Notes: generated from the sequence alone by a model not told the origin. DNA of 64,000 nt from an uncultured Prolixibacteraceae bacterium (GCA_964455285.1 CAYVVG010000001.1:64960-128959); one strand, 5' to 3'; positions 17,439 to 26,353 are shown, counted from the stretch's first letter. Numbers and translations: made by a program.

Positions 17439-19250
17439 ATGACCTCCGTGAAAAGATCCATTTTATTTGCCATTTCAGCACTTATGCTTCTGGCAATCGC
17501 CGGCGGGACCACCTCCTGCAAAAAAAAGGAAGAGTCATCCTCCACGCTGATCGTTAAGGTTCTTTATGACGGCGATCCCCTTGCCAACGTCCATGTTTTC
17601 ACGGTGCCCTTCACGACGGATGCCATAACCGATATGTACGGCCTGACCAAAATAACCGGAGTGCCGGCCGGCGAGTACCAGGTGTACGCGGAATCCGGAA
17701 GTGTCACCGGAAAATCCATCATCATGGTGGGGCAGAACGAAGTTCAGAATGCCACGGTCGATATCAATTATACCGGCCCCATCACCTTTATTCCGCAAAT
17801 CTCCTTCCTCCTTCCGGATCTTTCCTGTTCTTACGCTCCGGGAGATACCGTGACATTCAGGGTGAAAGTCACGAATTTCAAAGAGGGCAGCCCGGTCACC
17901 TGGAACAGCGACCTTGACGGGCATCTGGCTTCCACCCCGGTCACGGAGGAGGGCTTCAGCGATTTTACCACCCATACCCTGTCCAGGGGGGAACATGTCA
18001 TCACCGTAAAGGCGGAGGGAAGGGAAGGATACAACGCGGTTAAAGTCAATCATGTCAGCATGGACGGTCCCCGGAAAGTCTATCTGTATCCGCCCGGGAT
18101 CACCGGAAACACGGTCACCCTGAGATGGTCGAAATATGCAGACAACGATTTTTCTTTTTACCAGGCCAACTGCAGGTACAATACAGGCCCAGGCGTACCC
18201 TTCACCGGCACGATCTCAACGGGCAGCATCACCGTCGTGAGCGACACTTCGGTCACCTTTCAGCTACCCTATTCATTCTGCACCGTTCAGTTTTACATTA
18301 TGGCCGGCAATGGCAGCGGGAAATACAATATCAGCAACACCCGGGAGTTTTCGCACAACACGGGGATGGTTTTCGAGGGGACTCCTGTTCAAATGATGCA
18401 ACACCCGCTGAACAACTGGATCTACCTGGTCTTTGCCGATCACACGGTTCTGTACGATTATCAAACCAAAACAACGGTTGCATCCTGCAACGTCGGGAGC
18501 TCATCCCGATTCACCGACCTGGGCGACAACGGGGCCGGGATCGAGCTGTACCTTCCCGGTCAGTCGACACTGAAGGTGCTCGATGGCAACACTCTGACGC
18601 TGAAAAAGGAGATCACCTTTCCCCATGAACTGATTTCAGTGGTTTCCAGCGGGCTGGGTTTCCTGATCTGTTCCCAGCGATCCGAGTCGGCCGATGTCAA
18701 ACCCCTCCAGGTGTATTCCCTGTCGCAGCAAGCCCTGATCGCAGAGGGAGGAGAGCCGTTCGACACCTATTACATGAAAAAGATCCCCGGCCGTAATGCC
18801 CTTGCCGCGTGCACCCGGAGGGGATACAGCTCGGAGTTGGATTATTTTGAATACGATGATCTCGGATCGGTCACCCTGCATAACAATATCTACAACGCCG
18901 GCGGGGGATTCAGCGCAGAGGTGATGGAGATGTCGCCCACCGGGGAATATTTCTGTGTGGGAATCAACGGGTACTTCAGGACCACCGATCATGATCTGAC
19001 CAGCGTAGCGTACCTCAACGGTTCCGACCAGGTTTCCGACTTCGCATTCAATGACGCGGGGACCAGGGCGTATAGCTGTTCCTCCAACTCATCGCTCATC
19101 CATGAGTACCTTTACCCTTCCGGGTCGGTCGAAGGGGAGCATCTAGTTTACGGCAGTCCCCTTCATATGGTGTGTCGCGGCAGCACCTGTATCGTTGCTT
19201 CGCGCACCGCCAACGGTTCTCAATGCTGCATTGTGACCGTACAATTATAG
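17439..19250 (+). CDS. hypothetical lipoprotein (CarboxypepD_reg-like + Ig/FN3-like + beta-propeller-like regions)
   Basis: 603 aa. Lipobox LLAIAGGTTSC. N-terminal carboxypeptidase-regulatory-like fold signature (KVLYDGDPLANVHVF...GEYQVYA). FN3-like VTLRWSKYADNDFSFYQ. No catalytic motif recognised. Confidence 0.55.
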   Translation: MTSVKRSILFAISALMLLAIAGGTTSCKKKEESSSTLIVKVLYDGDPLANVHVFTVPFTTDAITDMYGLTKITGVPAGEYQVYAESGSVTGKSIIMVGQNEVQNATVDINYTGPITFIPQISFLLPDLSCSYAPGDTVTFRVKVTNFKEGSPVTWNSDLDGHLASTPVTEEGFSDFTTHTLSRGEHVITVKAEGREGYNAVKVNHVSMDGPRKVYLYPPGITGNTVTLRWSKYADNDFSFYQANCRYNTGPGVPFTGTISTGSITVVSDTSVTFQLPYSFCTVQFYIMAGNGSGKYNISNTREFSHNTGMVFEGTPVQMMQHPLNNWIYLVFADHTVLYDYQTKTTVASCNVGSSSRFTDLGDNGAGIELYLPGQSTLKVLDGNTLTLKKEITFPHELISVVSSGLGFLICSQRSESADVKPLQVYSLSQQALIAEGGEPFDTYYMKKIPGRNALAACTRRGYSSELDYFEYDDLGSVTLHNNIYNAGGGFSAEVMEMSPTGEYFCVGINGYFRTTDHDLTSVAYLNGSDQVSDFAFNDAGTRAYSCSSNSSLIHEYLYPSGSVEGEHLVYGSPLHMVCRGSTCIVASRTANGSQCCIVTVQL

Positions 19251-19278
19251 GGAGAAAAACCAAGCGCCCGTTATCCCC

Positions 19279-21204
19279 ATGAAACCAAGCACCCAATCAA
19301 AAAAGAGAAAGACCGGCCCCGCCATAAAGTCGCCTGCATTCAAAAAACAGGTCCTGCCAAATCCCACCACCCGCAACGACCGGCTTTGGGCACTGGCGAT
19401 CTTCCTGCTGGCCTTCGCCCTTTACGCCAATACACTTCCCAACCAGTACGTCATGGATGACTTCAGCGTTCTGAGCGACAATTTTGTCGTCAAACGGGGC
19501 GTCGAAGGCATCTCCACGATCCTCTCTACTCCCTACCGGTACGGCTTCAACCTGCTGAGCGACAACCTGTACCGTCCGCTTACGCTGGTGATGTTCGCCA
19601 TCGAATGGCAGATCGCCCCTGACACCCCCATGCTGAGTCACTTCATCAACATCCTGTTTTATGCTTTCACTGCGGTACTCCTCTTCTTCCTGCTCAGGAA
19701 ACTGCTGCGGGGGAAAAACCTGACGGCCGCACTGATCGCCGCGCTCCTGTGGGTTTTTCACCCTGTGCATACCGAGGTGGTGGCCAACATCAAGAGCCGT
19801 GATGAGATCATGTCGGCATTCTTCGTCTTTCTGACCTTGTTGCTCTTCCTGCGCTACCTCGAAACGAGAAAGATCCTCCTGCTCGCCGGAGCGTTGGTGA
19901 CCTACCTGCTTGGCTTTTTCTCCAAGGAGGGCGTAATCACCTTCCTGGTCCTCTTCCCTCTGGCAGGGTGGTACTTCACCGATGCCGGCCTGAAACGAAG
20001 CCTCGCTGCTTCGGCGCTGATGCTGATCCCGGCCGCGATCTTCCTGCTGATCCGCCACAACGTGCTTTCCACCTACGCCACTCCTTTCGTCCCCGGTGTC
20101 GCCGACAACCTGCTGGTGGCCGCACCCGACATTCCGACCCGGCTCTCCACCGCCATCCTGATCCTGGGAAAGTACCTGTTGCTCATGCTGGCACCCTATC
20201 AGCTGGTCTCCGATTACTCCTTCAACCAGATTCCCATCACCGGTTGGTCCTCGCCGCTGGTATGGATCTCCTTCCTGGTCTATGCAGCTGCCGTGGTCTA
20301 CTCCTTCCTGAAGATCAGCAAACGTTCGGCGGTCGTCTTCTCCATGCTTTTTTTCCTCGTCACCATGAGCATTGCCAGCAACCTATTCACGCTCATCGGC
20401 ACCTCTTTTGCCGAACGGCTCCTGTTCCTGCCGTCGGCCGGTTTATGCCTGCTGGCAGGAATCCTGCTGGTGAGGATCCAGCCAGTACCGGAAGCGCAGG
20501 GAGAACCTGCGAACCTGAAGCGGGTTTTTTCGAGGTACCCGGTTGCATGGGTGATCACCGGTTTGCTTCTCTCCCTGTATGCGGTGAAGACCGTGAGTCG
20601 CAACGCCGAGTGGCGCGATCCCTGGACGCTGGCCACCACCGACGTCAAGCGATCGCCCAACAGCGCCCACATGCGCTATTACAGCGGGATGGCATACCGC
20701 GACAAAGCCAAAGAGCAGGAGGATCCGTCCAAATTCGGTGAATACATGCAGCAGGCCATCCGGGAGTTCCAGACCTGTGTCCGGATCCTGCCTTCGTTCA
20801 GCGAAGGGTACGAACAGCTCGGACTGGCCTGGTACCGGATGAAAAACCCCGGCGAGGCGATCCGAAACTATGAGCTGGCGCTGAAACTGAGTCCCGGGAA
20901 AGCCCCCACCCATTCGAACCTGGGGATGATCTATTTCGAGCGGAAGGAGTATGGCAAAGCTTTCGAATTGTACAAAAGGGCCACGGAGCTGGACTCCAAC
21001 TTCGCCGACGGATTCCTCAACCTGGGCAGCATGTACGGGATGCAGAAACAGTTTGAGCTCGCCGCCCGCAACTTCGAGCGGTCGGTCAGGCTGAAACCCG
21101 AGAACCCCCAGGCGTGGTACTACCTCGGCATCACCTACCGGTCGCTGAACCGTGAAGACAAGGCCCGCGAATGCCTGGCCAGGGCGGAGGAATTGAGGAG
21201 ATGA
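19279..21204 (+). CDS. polytopic membrane protein with C-terminal TPR repeats (TMTC-like GT-C glycosyl/mannosyltransferase candidate)
   Basis: 641 aa. About 10-11 TM helices followed by 4-5 TPR units (GYEQLGLAWYRMKNPGEAIRNYELALKLSP...). The early loop motif NQYVMDDFSVL resembles the DD-containing first loop of GT-C/TMTC enzymes. Confidence 0.6.
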   Translation: MKPSTQSKKRKTGPAIKSPAFKKQVLPNPTTRNDRLWALAIFLLAFALYANTLPNQYVMDDFSVLSDNFVVKRGVEGISTILSTPYRYGFNLLSDNLYRPLTLVMFAIEWQIAPDTPMLSHFINILFYAFTAVLLFFLLRKLLRGKNLTAALIAALLWVFHPVHTEVVANIKSRDEIMSAFFVFLTLLLFLRYLETRKILLLAGALVTYLLGFFSKEGVITFLVLFPLAGWYFTDAGLKRSLAASALMLIPAAIFLLIRHNVLSTYATPFVPGVADNLLVAAPDIPTRLSTAILILGKYLLLMLAPYQLVSDYSFNQIPITGWSSPLVWISFLVYAAAVVYSFLKISKRSAVVFSMLFFLVTMSIASNLFTLIGTSFAERLLFLPSAGLCLLAGILLVRIQPVPEAQGEPANLKRVFSRYPVAWVITGLLLSLYAVKTVSRNAEWRDPWTLATTDVKRSPNSAHMRYYSGMAYRDKAKEQEDPSKFGEYMQQAIREFQTCVRILPSFSEGYEQLGLAWYRMKNPGEAIRNYELALKLSPGKAPTHSNLGMIYFERKEYGKAFELYKRATELDSNFADGFLNLGSMYGMQKQFELAARNFERSVRLKPENPQAWYYLGITYRSLNREDKARECLARAEELRR

Positions 21205-21248
21205 CCCCACCCCGGCCTGCGGCCTTCCCCTCCCCAAACAGGGAGGGG
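21205..21248 (+). repeat. 44-nt GC-rich hairpin element, copy 1
   Basis: ccccaccccggcctgcggccttcccctccccaaacagggagggg. Contains an 8-bp stem CCCCTCCC/GGGAGGGG with a 6-nt loop. Starts 1 nt after the stop of the TPR membrane protein gene. Identical to the copy at 51652-51695. Confidence 0.9.
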
Positions 21249-21289
21249 CCCACGGCTAATGACTCCCGACCCACAGACCAGCAAAAAGT

Positions 21290-21785
21290 ATGGTTAATGC
21301 AATAAAATTCTGGAATAAACGGTCGAAAAGCTACGACAAGGCTGTTTTCGGAAAGTACCGCCCGGTTTATGATACCCTGGCCGGTTTATCAAAAAAGTAC
21401 CTGAATGCCGGCGACACACTGCTCGATTTTGCCTGCGGGACGGGATCCATCCCTGCCCGCCGGATCGTTCCACGTGGTTTCGGCATTCAATATCCTGCAG
21501 TTCATCCGCGAGGAGGACCCTTTGCTGTTGCGTATTCGTGAACTGCTGAAACCGGGCGGCGTGCTGATCGCAGCCGTAGATTGCTACCCGGAGCGAAAGA
21601 CCCCGCTGACCCTGCTTACCCTCTTCCTGAGCATGATGGGTATTTTTCCATTCATACGGCAATGGAAGCTTAACGAACTGAAGGAAGCATTCCGGCGCAA
21701 CGGCTTTGACGTGCTGGAAACCGTAAAAATATGCGATTCGCCGGTAGTGAGCTATTTTGCTGCATGCAGAAGCCGTGAGCCGTGA
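21290..21785 (+). pseudogene. class I SAM-methyltransferase remnant (internal deletion + frameshift)
   Basis: The frame from ATG 21290 gives the N-terminus through motif I (LLDFACGTGS), then runs into nonsense. A second frame (from about 21460) gives SFHVVSAFNILQFI...LLKPGGVL...NGFDVLE, the post-motif-I half. The ~50 aa normally between motif I and the SFDVV-type strand are missing. Confidence 0.65.
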
Positions 21786-21792
21786 GCCGTGA
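21772..21792 (+). repeat. tandem array 3 x 7 nt GCCGTGA
   Basis: gccgtga gccgtga gccgtga. The remnant ORF's TGA (21783-21785) is the TGA of unit 2. Confidence 0.85.
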
Positions 21793-21795
21793 TTT

Positions 21796-21838
21796 CCCCT
21801 CCCTGTTTGGGGAGGGGTGGCCGCAGGCCGGGGTGGGG
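21796..21838 (-). repeat. GC-rich hairpin element, copy 2 (inverted, 43 nt)
   Basis: The reverse complement reads ccccaccccggcctgcggccacccctccccaaacagggagggg. With copy 1 it forms inverted repeats bracketing the methyltransferase remnant. Confidence 0.9.
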
Positions 21839-21848
21839 TGCTCGATGA

Positions 21849-21879
21849 ATTGACGATTGTCGATTGCTGATTGACGATT
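21849..21879 (+). repeat. tandem array ~4.4 x 7 nt ATTG(A/T/C)(C/T)G
   Basis: attgacg attgtcg attgctg attgacg att. Confidence 0.8.
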
Positions 21880-21898
21880 AAGGATAATTTCCTTTTCG

Positions 21899-21906
21899 TA
21901 AATTTG
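21899..21906 (+). promoter_or_regulatory. candidate -7 box (TAAATTTG)
   Basis: Exact TAnnTTTG upstream of the BNR-repeat gene (61 nt before ATG 21968). Confidence 0.4.
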
Positions 21907-21967
21907 TCATCATTGGATCATCCCGGCCGAATGCCCGGAACAGTTATTGAACAAGAGTTTAGTGTTT

Positions 21968-24112
21968 ATGCCTGCAATCATGAACAACTCCTTGAAAATC
22001 AACGTAAAACATCTCCTCCTGGTTTTGACCTTTACATCGGGTTTTCATTCCGTACAAGCCCAGTGGATCCCGGGTCAGGGACTTGACGGAGCCAAGGTTT
22101 CGGATATGGTCGTGCTGGATTCGCTGCTCTTCATCTGCACGAACGCGAACGGCCTTTACGTCAGAAATCTCAACGGGGGCGAATGGCAGCAAAATACCCC
22201 GGAAGGAGGATATTCCATTGACCGTTGCGGCGACGCGCTGTTCACATGGTATCCGTACGATTGCTACCGGTCGCTCGACCACGGCGGCACATGGCAGAAC
22301 ATGTTACCCTACTTTGGCTACGGTTCCGTCAGGTCCTTTTGTGTGATCGACACATCGCTGTTTTTCACCACCACATTCACGAACGGATTGATGTTTCGAA
22401 GCGACGATTACGGAAACACACTCGACACAATAAACCATAACCTGCCTGCCCTGTTTCTCCCTTTGGTAAGCGCCGGCGACAGCGGCATGTTGTTTTGTTA
22501 TCAGGATTACCCGGGTCCCATGTATTTCCTGTCGGGGAACAAGGGGGCTACCTGGGACAGCATTCCAACCACCGGACTTCCCTCGTCTTCCTATGATACC
22601 TATACCATCGGGAACATGGGTTCTACCCTGTGGCTTTCGACCACCGCCGGGATCTTCAGGAAAGAAATTTCCCAGGGATCGTGGATTTTCGTGCAGGATT
22701 CCGTGCCGATCGCGCAAATGCAGGTGATTGACGGAACTCTTTTCGCCACCGCACTGTCGCGAGGACCCTTCCGGTTTGATCCGGGTTCCGGACAATGGAT
22801 CCAGGAGATTACCGGTCTTGAACAGCCTGCGGTGAACTCATTCTGTGCCGACAGCAGCCACATCTACCTGGCCACCCGGTTGGGTCCGTATAAATGCGAC
22901 ACCCCCTACACATGGCTCCCTTTTTACGGGGGATTGAACCAGTCCTCCGTTTCGATGGTATCTGCCCATGATAATGAGGTGTGGGCTGTGACCACCAGAG
23001 GCACTTTTATTTCTACGGATATGGGGGCTACTTTTACCCTTCACCCGTTAACCGGCATGGGGGATCCGGTGCGGCTGATCATGACCGATTCTTTATACTA
23101 TGCATTGTCGCACGGTTTTTTCTACCTGTCAACAGATCATGGGGCCAGTTGGACAAAGCAGCATACCGGGTTGCCGGATCCCCCTCCGGGAACATCACTT
23201 TCCTGCAATGGACTGGAAATGGTCTCTGACCAGCTGTTCCTCAAAACGGCGGCGGGACTGTTCCATTCCGACTTAAGTCCGATCCTGTGGACAGCCATTC
23301 CCCCCGGGCCGGCCGCCAGTGACATTTACAGGATCTTTGGCTGTGATTCCATTCTTTTCATGGTGAAGCGGGTTCAATCTTCCCCCGAGCAGTTCGCCTC
23401 TTTCCGGTCGGCCGACTTCGGCCTCACTTTCGATTCGATCACTACCCTACCCCTTCCCGGATACATTCCCTTTTTTGCCAATGACGGTGATCGTTTCTAT
23501 TCTCTGGTGTTCAACCGGATACTGAAATCGCAGGACTACGGCCTCACCTGGTCCGAGATCCCGGTGGGGAATCCCTCCATTCGCGGGCACAGTCTTTCCG
23601 TATCCGGACCGGCCGTAATTGTATGCGGATCCATACTGGATATGACGCTGACCGACCTGTATCTTGCTGTCACGTATGACGATGGAAACCACTGGACTGA
23701 TGTCCTCGACAACCTCCCGGATCCCTCGTGGCCGATCTTCCTCTGCATGGAAACCCATCAGCAGCGAACCTTCGTGGCTCCGAATGCCAACGGTTTGTGG
23801 TATCGTGACGGGTTGCTGACCACCATCCGGGAATCCAGGAGTGCAGAAGCGGGAACGTTGCGTATCCATCCCAATCCTGCCGGGCGGCAGGCCTGTCTGA
23901 AATTCACGCTGCCGATACCTGCCGATGGACAGGTGAGTATGTTCAATATGCAAGGAGAACTTGAATTCCAGGGAGATCCTGTGAGATTTTCAGGCGGAGA
24001 GAACACGGTCGTGCTTGACGTTCGCCCGTACACCCCCGGAGTACACTGCGTAGTGGTGACAACGGAGCAGCGTAAAATGGTCGGTACTTTCGTGGTGAGT
24101 CGTGAGTGGTGA
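21968..24112 (+). CDS. secreted BNR/Asp-box repeat beta-propeller protein (sortilin/VPS10- or GH74-like) with T9SS C-terminal domain
   Basis: At least 8 Asp-box motifs SxDxGxTW (SLDHGGTW, SGNKGATW, STDMGATF, STDHGASW, SADFGLTF, SQDYGLTW, TYDDGNHW...). Signal peptide ...FTSGFHSVQAQ. C-terminal Por tail (LRIHPNPAGRQACLKF...). The track start 21947 is TTG; I prefer ATG 21968. Confidence 0.75.
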   Translation: MPAIMNNSLKINVKHLLLVLTFTSGFHSVQAQWIPGQGLDGAKVSDMVVLDSLLFICTNANGLYVRNLNGGEWQQNTPEGGYSIDRCGDALFTWYPYDCYRSLDHGGTWQNMLPYFGYGSVRSFCVIDTSLFFTTTFTNGLMFRSDDYGNTLDTINHNLPALFLPLVSAGDSGMLFCYQDYPGPMYFLSGNKGATWDSIPTTGLPSSSYDTYTIGNMGSTLWLSTTAGIFRKEISQGSWIFVQDSVPIAQMQVIDGTLFATALSRGPFRFDPGSGQWIQEITGLEQPAVNSFCADSSHIYLATRLGPYKCDTPYTWLPFYGGLNQSSVSMVSAHDNEVWAVTTRGTFISTDMGATFTLHPLTGMGDPVRLIMTDSLYYALSHGFFYLSTDHGASWTKQHTGLPDPPPGTSLSCNGLEMVSDQLFLKTAAGLFHSDLSPILWTAIPPGPAASDIYRIFGCDSILFMVKRVQSSPEQFASFRSADFGLTFDSITTLPLPGYIPFFANDGDRFYSLVFNRILKSQDYGLTWSEIPVGNPSIRGHSLSVSGPAVIVCGSILDMTLTDLYLAVTYDDGNHWTDVLDNLPDPSWPIFLCMETHQQRTFVAPNANGLWYRDGLLTTIRESRSAEAGTLRIHPNPAGRQACLKFTLPIPADGQVSMFNMQGELEFQGDPVRFSGGENTVVLDVRPYTPGVHCVVVTTEQRKMVGTFVVSREW

Positions 24113-24126
24113 GTGGTGAGTGGTCA
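24092..24126 (+). repeat. tandem array 5 x 7 nt GTGGTGA / GTCGTGA
   Basis: gtggtga gtcgtga gtggtga gtggtga gtggtca. The BNR gene's stop (24110-24112) is the TGA of unit 3; the last residues VVSREW are repeat-encoded. Confidence 0.9.
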
Positions 24127-24249
24127 GGGAGCTCGCTCCGCCGGAGCGAAATCTCGGCAGCAGGATGATGTATCGGATGAATCCTCCCTCCTTCACCCAG
24201 TTTCTCCCCCATTTCACCGAAAAACCATCCCGGATCGGCGCGAATGTGC

Positions 24250-24257
24250 TATTTTTG
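24250..24257 (+). promoter_or_regulatory. candidate -7 box (TATTTTTG)
   Basis: Exact TAnnTTTG, 23 nt upstream of ATG 24281. A small palindrome TGGTTTT-TCCA-AAAACCA (24256-24274) lies between the box and the ATG. Confidence 0.45.
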
Positions 24258-24280
24258 GTTTTTCCAAAAACCATGATTCC

Positions 24281-26350
24281 ATGAAACGTTTACTTCCTCT
24301 CTTTCTCTGCCTGGCGCCGGTATTCGGGTTTGGCCAGGTGAAGTTCAACCCGCCGGCCACGGAGAAACACCCGGTGGTGGACACGCTGCACGGCTACCTG
24401 TTGACAGACAACTATCGCTGGCTCGAAGACAAGACCGACCCCAGGGTGGTCGAATGGACCCGGGCCCAGCATGACTATACGGTGAAATACCTCGAAGCCA
24501 CCCAGAAAACACACCCCGGCCTGCGTGACGAGGTCACGGCGTACATCGACATGGATTACGAGGGACCGCTGAGCAAGGAGGGGAAACGGGTGTTCCAGAC
24601 GATCCGCAAGAAGGGCGACAAGCAGTCGTCGGTGTGGACGATCCTCAGCGGGAAAAAGATCAAGATCTGGGACCCGGTGGCGCTCGATACCTCGGGAAAG
24701 ACCTCCACGACCGGCGTGGCCTACACCTACGACGGCGAGCGGGCCGCGGTGAGCGTACAGAAGAGCGGCGCAGAGATCTCCACCACTTACATCATCGACA
24801 CGCGCACGGGCAAGGTGCTCTACCCGCCCCTCGAAAATATCTTCGGCTACCAGTGGACGCGCGACCAGCAACACGCCTACTTCACCATTCGCAGCCAGAA
24901 GGATGTGGACGAACAACGCCCGCTCCGGACCTACCTGTGGAAAGTGGGCGACCCGGTGGATAAGGCCGGGTTCATCGGCACCACCACCGATGCGAAGAAT
25001 TCCTACTACGTGTACGACAACCGTTACAGCGACGTAAGTTTTTACGGCGAGAGCGACTTTAACTCCAACAGTTGCCGGATCTTCAAAACAGGGATGAATG
25101 TGGAAGGAAAACTGATTTACGAGAGCAAGGAATTCCAGTTCTACCCCTGGGCGATCGGCGAAAAGCTGTACGCACTCACCAACGACCACGCCCCCAATTA
25201 CCGCTTCATGACCACCGACAAGGCCCGTCCCGAGTTCAGGGACTGGAAGGTGCTGATCCCCGAAGGTCCGACGGTGATCCAGAACGTCGAAGTGCTGAAG
25301 GACGGCCGCCTGATCGTCCAGGACAAGGTCGACATCCAGAGCCGGCTTACTTTGTATGACCCCAACGGGAAGCGGATCGGTCCCATCGAATTGCCCGAGG
25401 TGGGCAACGTGAACTATGTAAGCTACGACCGCGAAGAGGATTCGGTGTACATCTACCAGAGCAGTTTCACCTCGGCGGGCAAGATGTATGTCGCCTCGCC
25501 GAACAACTTCAAATGGCGCCTCTATTACACCCGCGTGGTGCCGGTCGACATGAGCAACATCACCGGCGAGATCCGGTTCTATTATTCGAAAGACAGCACG
25601 CGCATCCCGGTGAATGTGATCCACCGCAAGGATCTGAAGCTCGACGGCAACAACCCGGTGTTCCTTACGGCCTATGGCGGGTTCAACATCGGCATCAGCC
25701 CGGGCTTCTACGGCTATTACGCACCCTTCATCAACCGCGGCGGCGTGGTGGTGGAGGCGGGCATCCGGGGGGGTGACGAGTACGGCGAAAAGTGGCACAA
25801 GGATGGGATGCTGCTCAACAAGCAGAACTGTTTCGACGACTTCAACGCCTGTGCCGAGTGGCTGGTAAAGGAGAAATACACCACCACCAACCGCATCGTC
25901 GCCGAAGGCGGAAGCAACGGCGGGCTGCTCATGGGCGCCATCGCCACGCAGCGTCCCGACCTTTATAAAGCGGTGATCTGCGCGGTGCCGCTGCTCGACA
26001 TGGTGCGCTTCCACAAGTTCCTTATCGCCCGCTACTGGATCCCCGAATACGGTTCGTCGGACAACGAAGAGGATTTCCGCAACATCCTCTCCTACTCACC
26101 TTACCACCACGTGCGTGCCGGGGTCAACCTGCCGACGATGCTGGTGCGCACCGGGGCCAACGACAGCCGGGTGGACCCCTTGCATGCCAAGAAATTTACC
26201 GCGCTGCTGCAGAACAACCCCGGCCAGGTCAACCCGGTTCTGCTCTATATCGACTACAACGTGGGCCATGGCAGCGGCCAGGCCACGAAACAGCGGATCG
26301 AGAATTCGCTGGTGGATTTCGAGTTCATCCTGAACCAGCTGGGGATGTAA
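24281..26350 (+). CDS. prolyl oligopeptidase (S9A serine peptidase), secreted/periplasmic
   Basis: 689 aa from ATG 24281 (signal peptide MKRLLPLFLCLAPVFGFGQ). N-terminal propeller region with YRWLED motif. Nucleophile elbow GGSNGGLLMGA; Asp context GANDSRVDP; His context NVGHGSG. The track's 5' extension (GTG 24113) covers the repeat region and was trimmed. Confidence 0.9.
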   Translation: MKRLLPLFLCLAPVFGFGQVKFNPPATEKHPVVDTLHGYLLTDNYRWLEDKTDPRVVEWTRAQHDYTVKYLEATQKTHPGLRDEVTAYIDMDYEGPLSKEGKRVFQTIRKKGDKQSSVWTILSGKKIKIWDPVALDTSGKTSTTGVAYTYDGERAAVSVQKSGAEISTTYIIDTRTGKVLYPPLENIFGYQWTRDQQHAYFTIRSQKDVDEQRPLRTYLWKVGDPVDKAGFIGTTTDAKNSYYVYDNRYSDVSFYGESDFNSNSCRIFKTGMNVEGKLIYESKEFQFYPWAIGEKLYALTNDHAPNYRFMTTDKARPEFRDWKVLIPEGPTVIQNVEVLKDGRLIVQDKVDIQSRLTLYDPNGKRIGPIELPEVGNVNYVSYDREEDSVYIYQSSFTSAGKMYVASPNNFKWRLYYTRVVPVDMSNITGEIRFYYSKDSTRIPVNVIHRKDLKLDGNNPVFLTAYGGFNIGISPGFYGYYAPFINRGGVVVEAGIRGGDEYGEKWHKDGMLLNKQNCFDDFNACAEWLVKEKYTTTNRIVAEGGSNGGLLMGAIATQRPDLYKAVICAVPLLDMVRFHKFLIARYWIPEYGSSDNEEDFRNILSYSPYHHVRAGVNLPTMLVRTGANDSRVDPLHAKKFTALLQNNPGQVNPVLLYIDYNVGHGSGQATKQRIENSLVDFEFILNQLGM

Positions 26351-26353
26351 TGA

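Noticed and set aside
24113-24280. 5' extensions of ORFs in the track: GTG 24113 (peptidase), TTG 33991 (GH13), ATG 37380 (esterase), GTG 38611 (GH13), 50355-50510 (GH53), 50405-50512 (esterase), GTG 53573 (GH2), TTG 21947 (BNR protein), 9391-9429 (hydrolase)
   Set aside because: In each case a downstream ATG is followed immediately by a canonical signal peptide or lipobox. The extension is encoded by repeat arrays or overlaps the previous gene. Starts were moved accordingly.
24290-26014. 574-aa ORF antisense to the prolyl oligopeptidase gene
   Set aside because: It is Arg/Val/His/Gly/Ala-rich low-complexity sequence with no motifs. The sense strand carries unmistakable S9 peptidase blocks. 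Long stop-free antisense frames are expected in GC-rich coding DNA.
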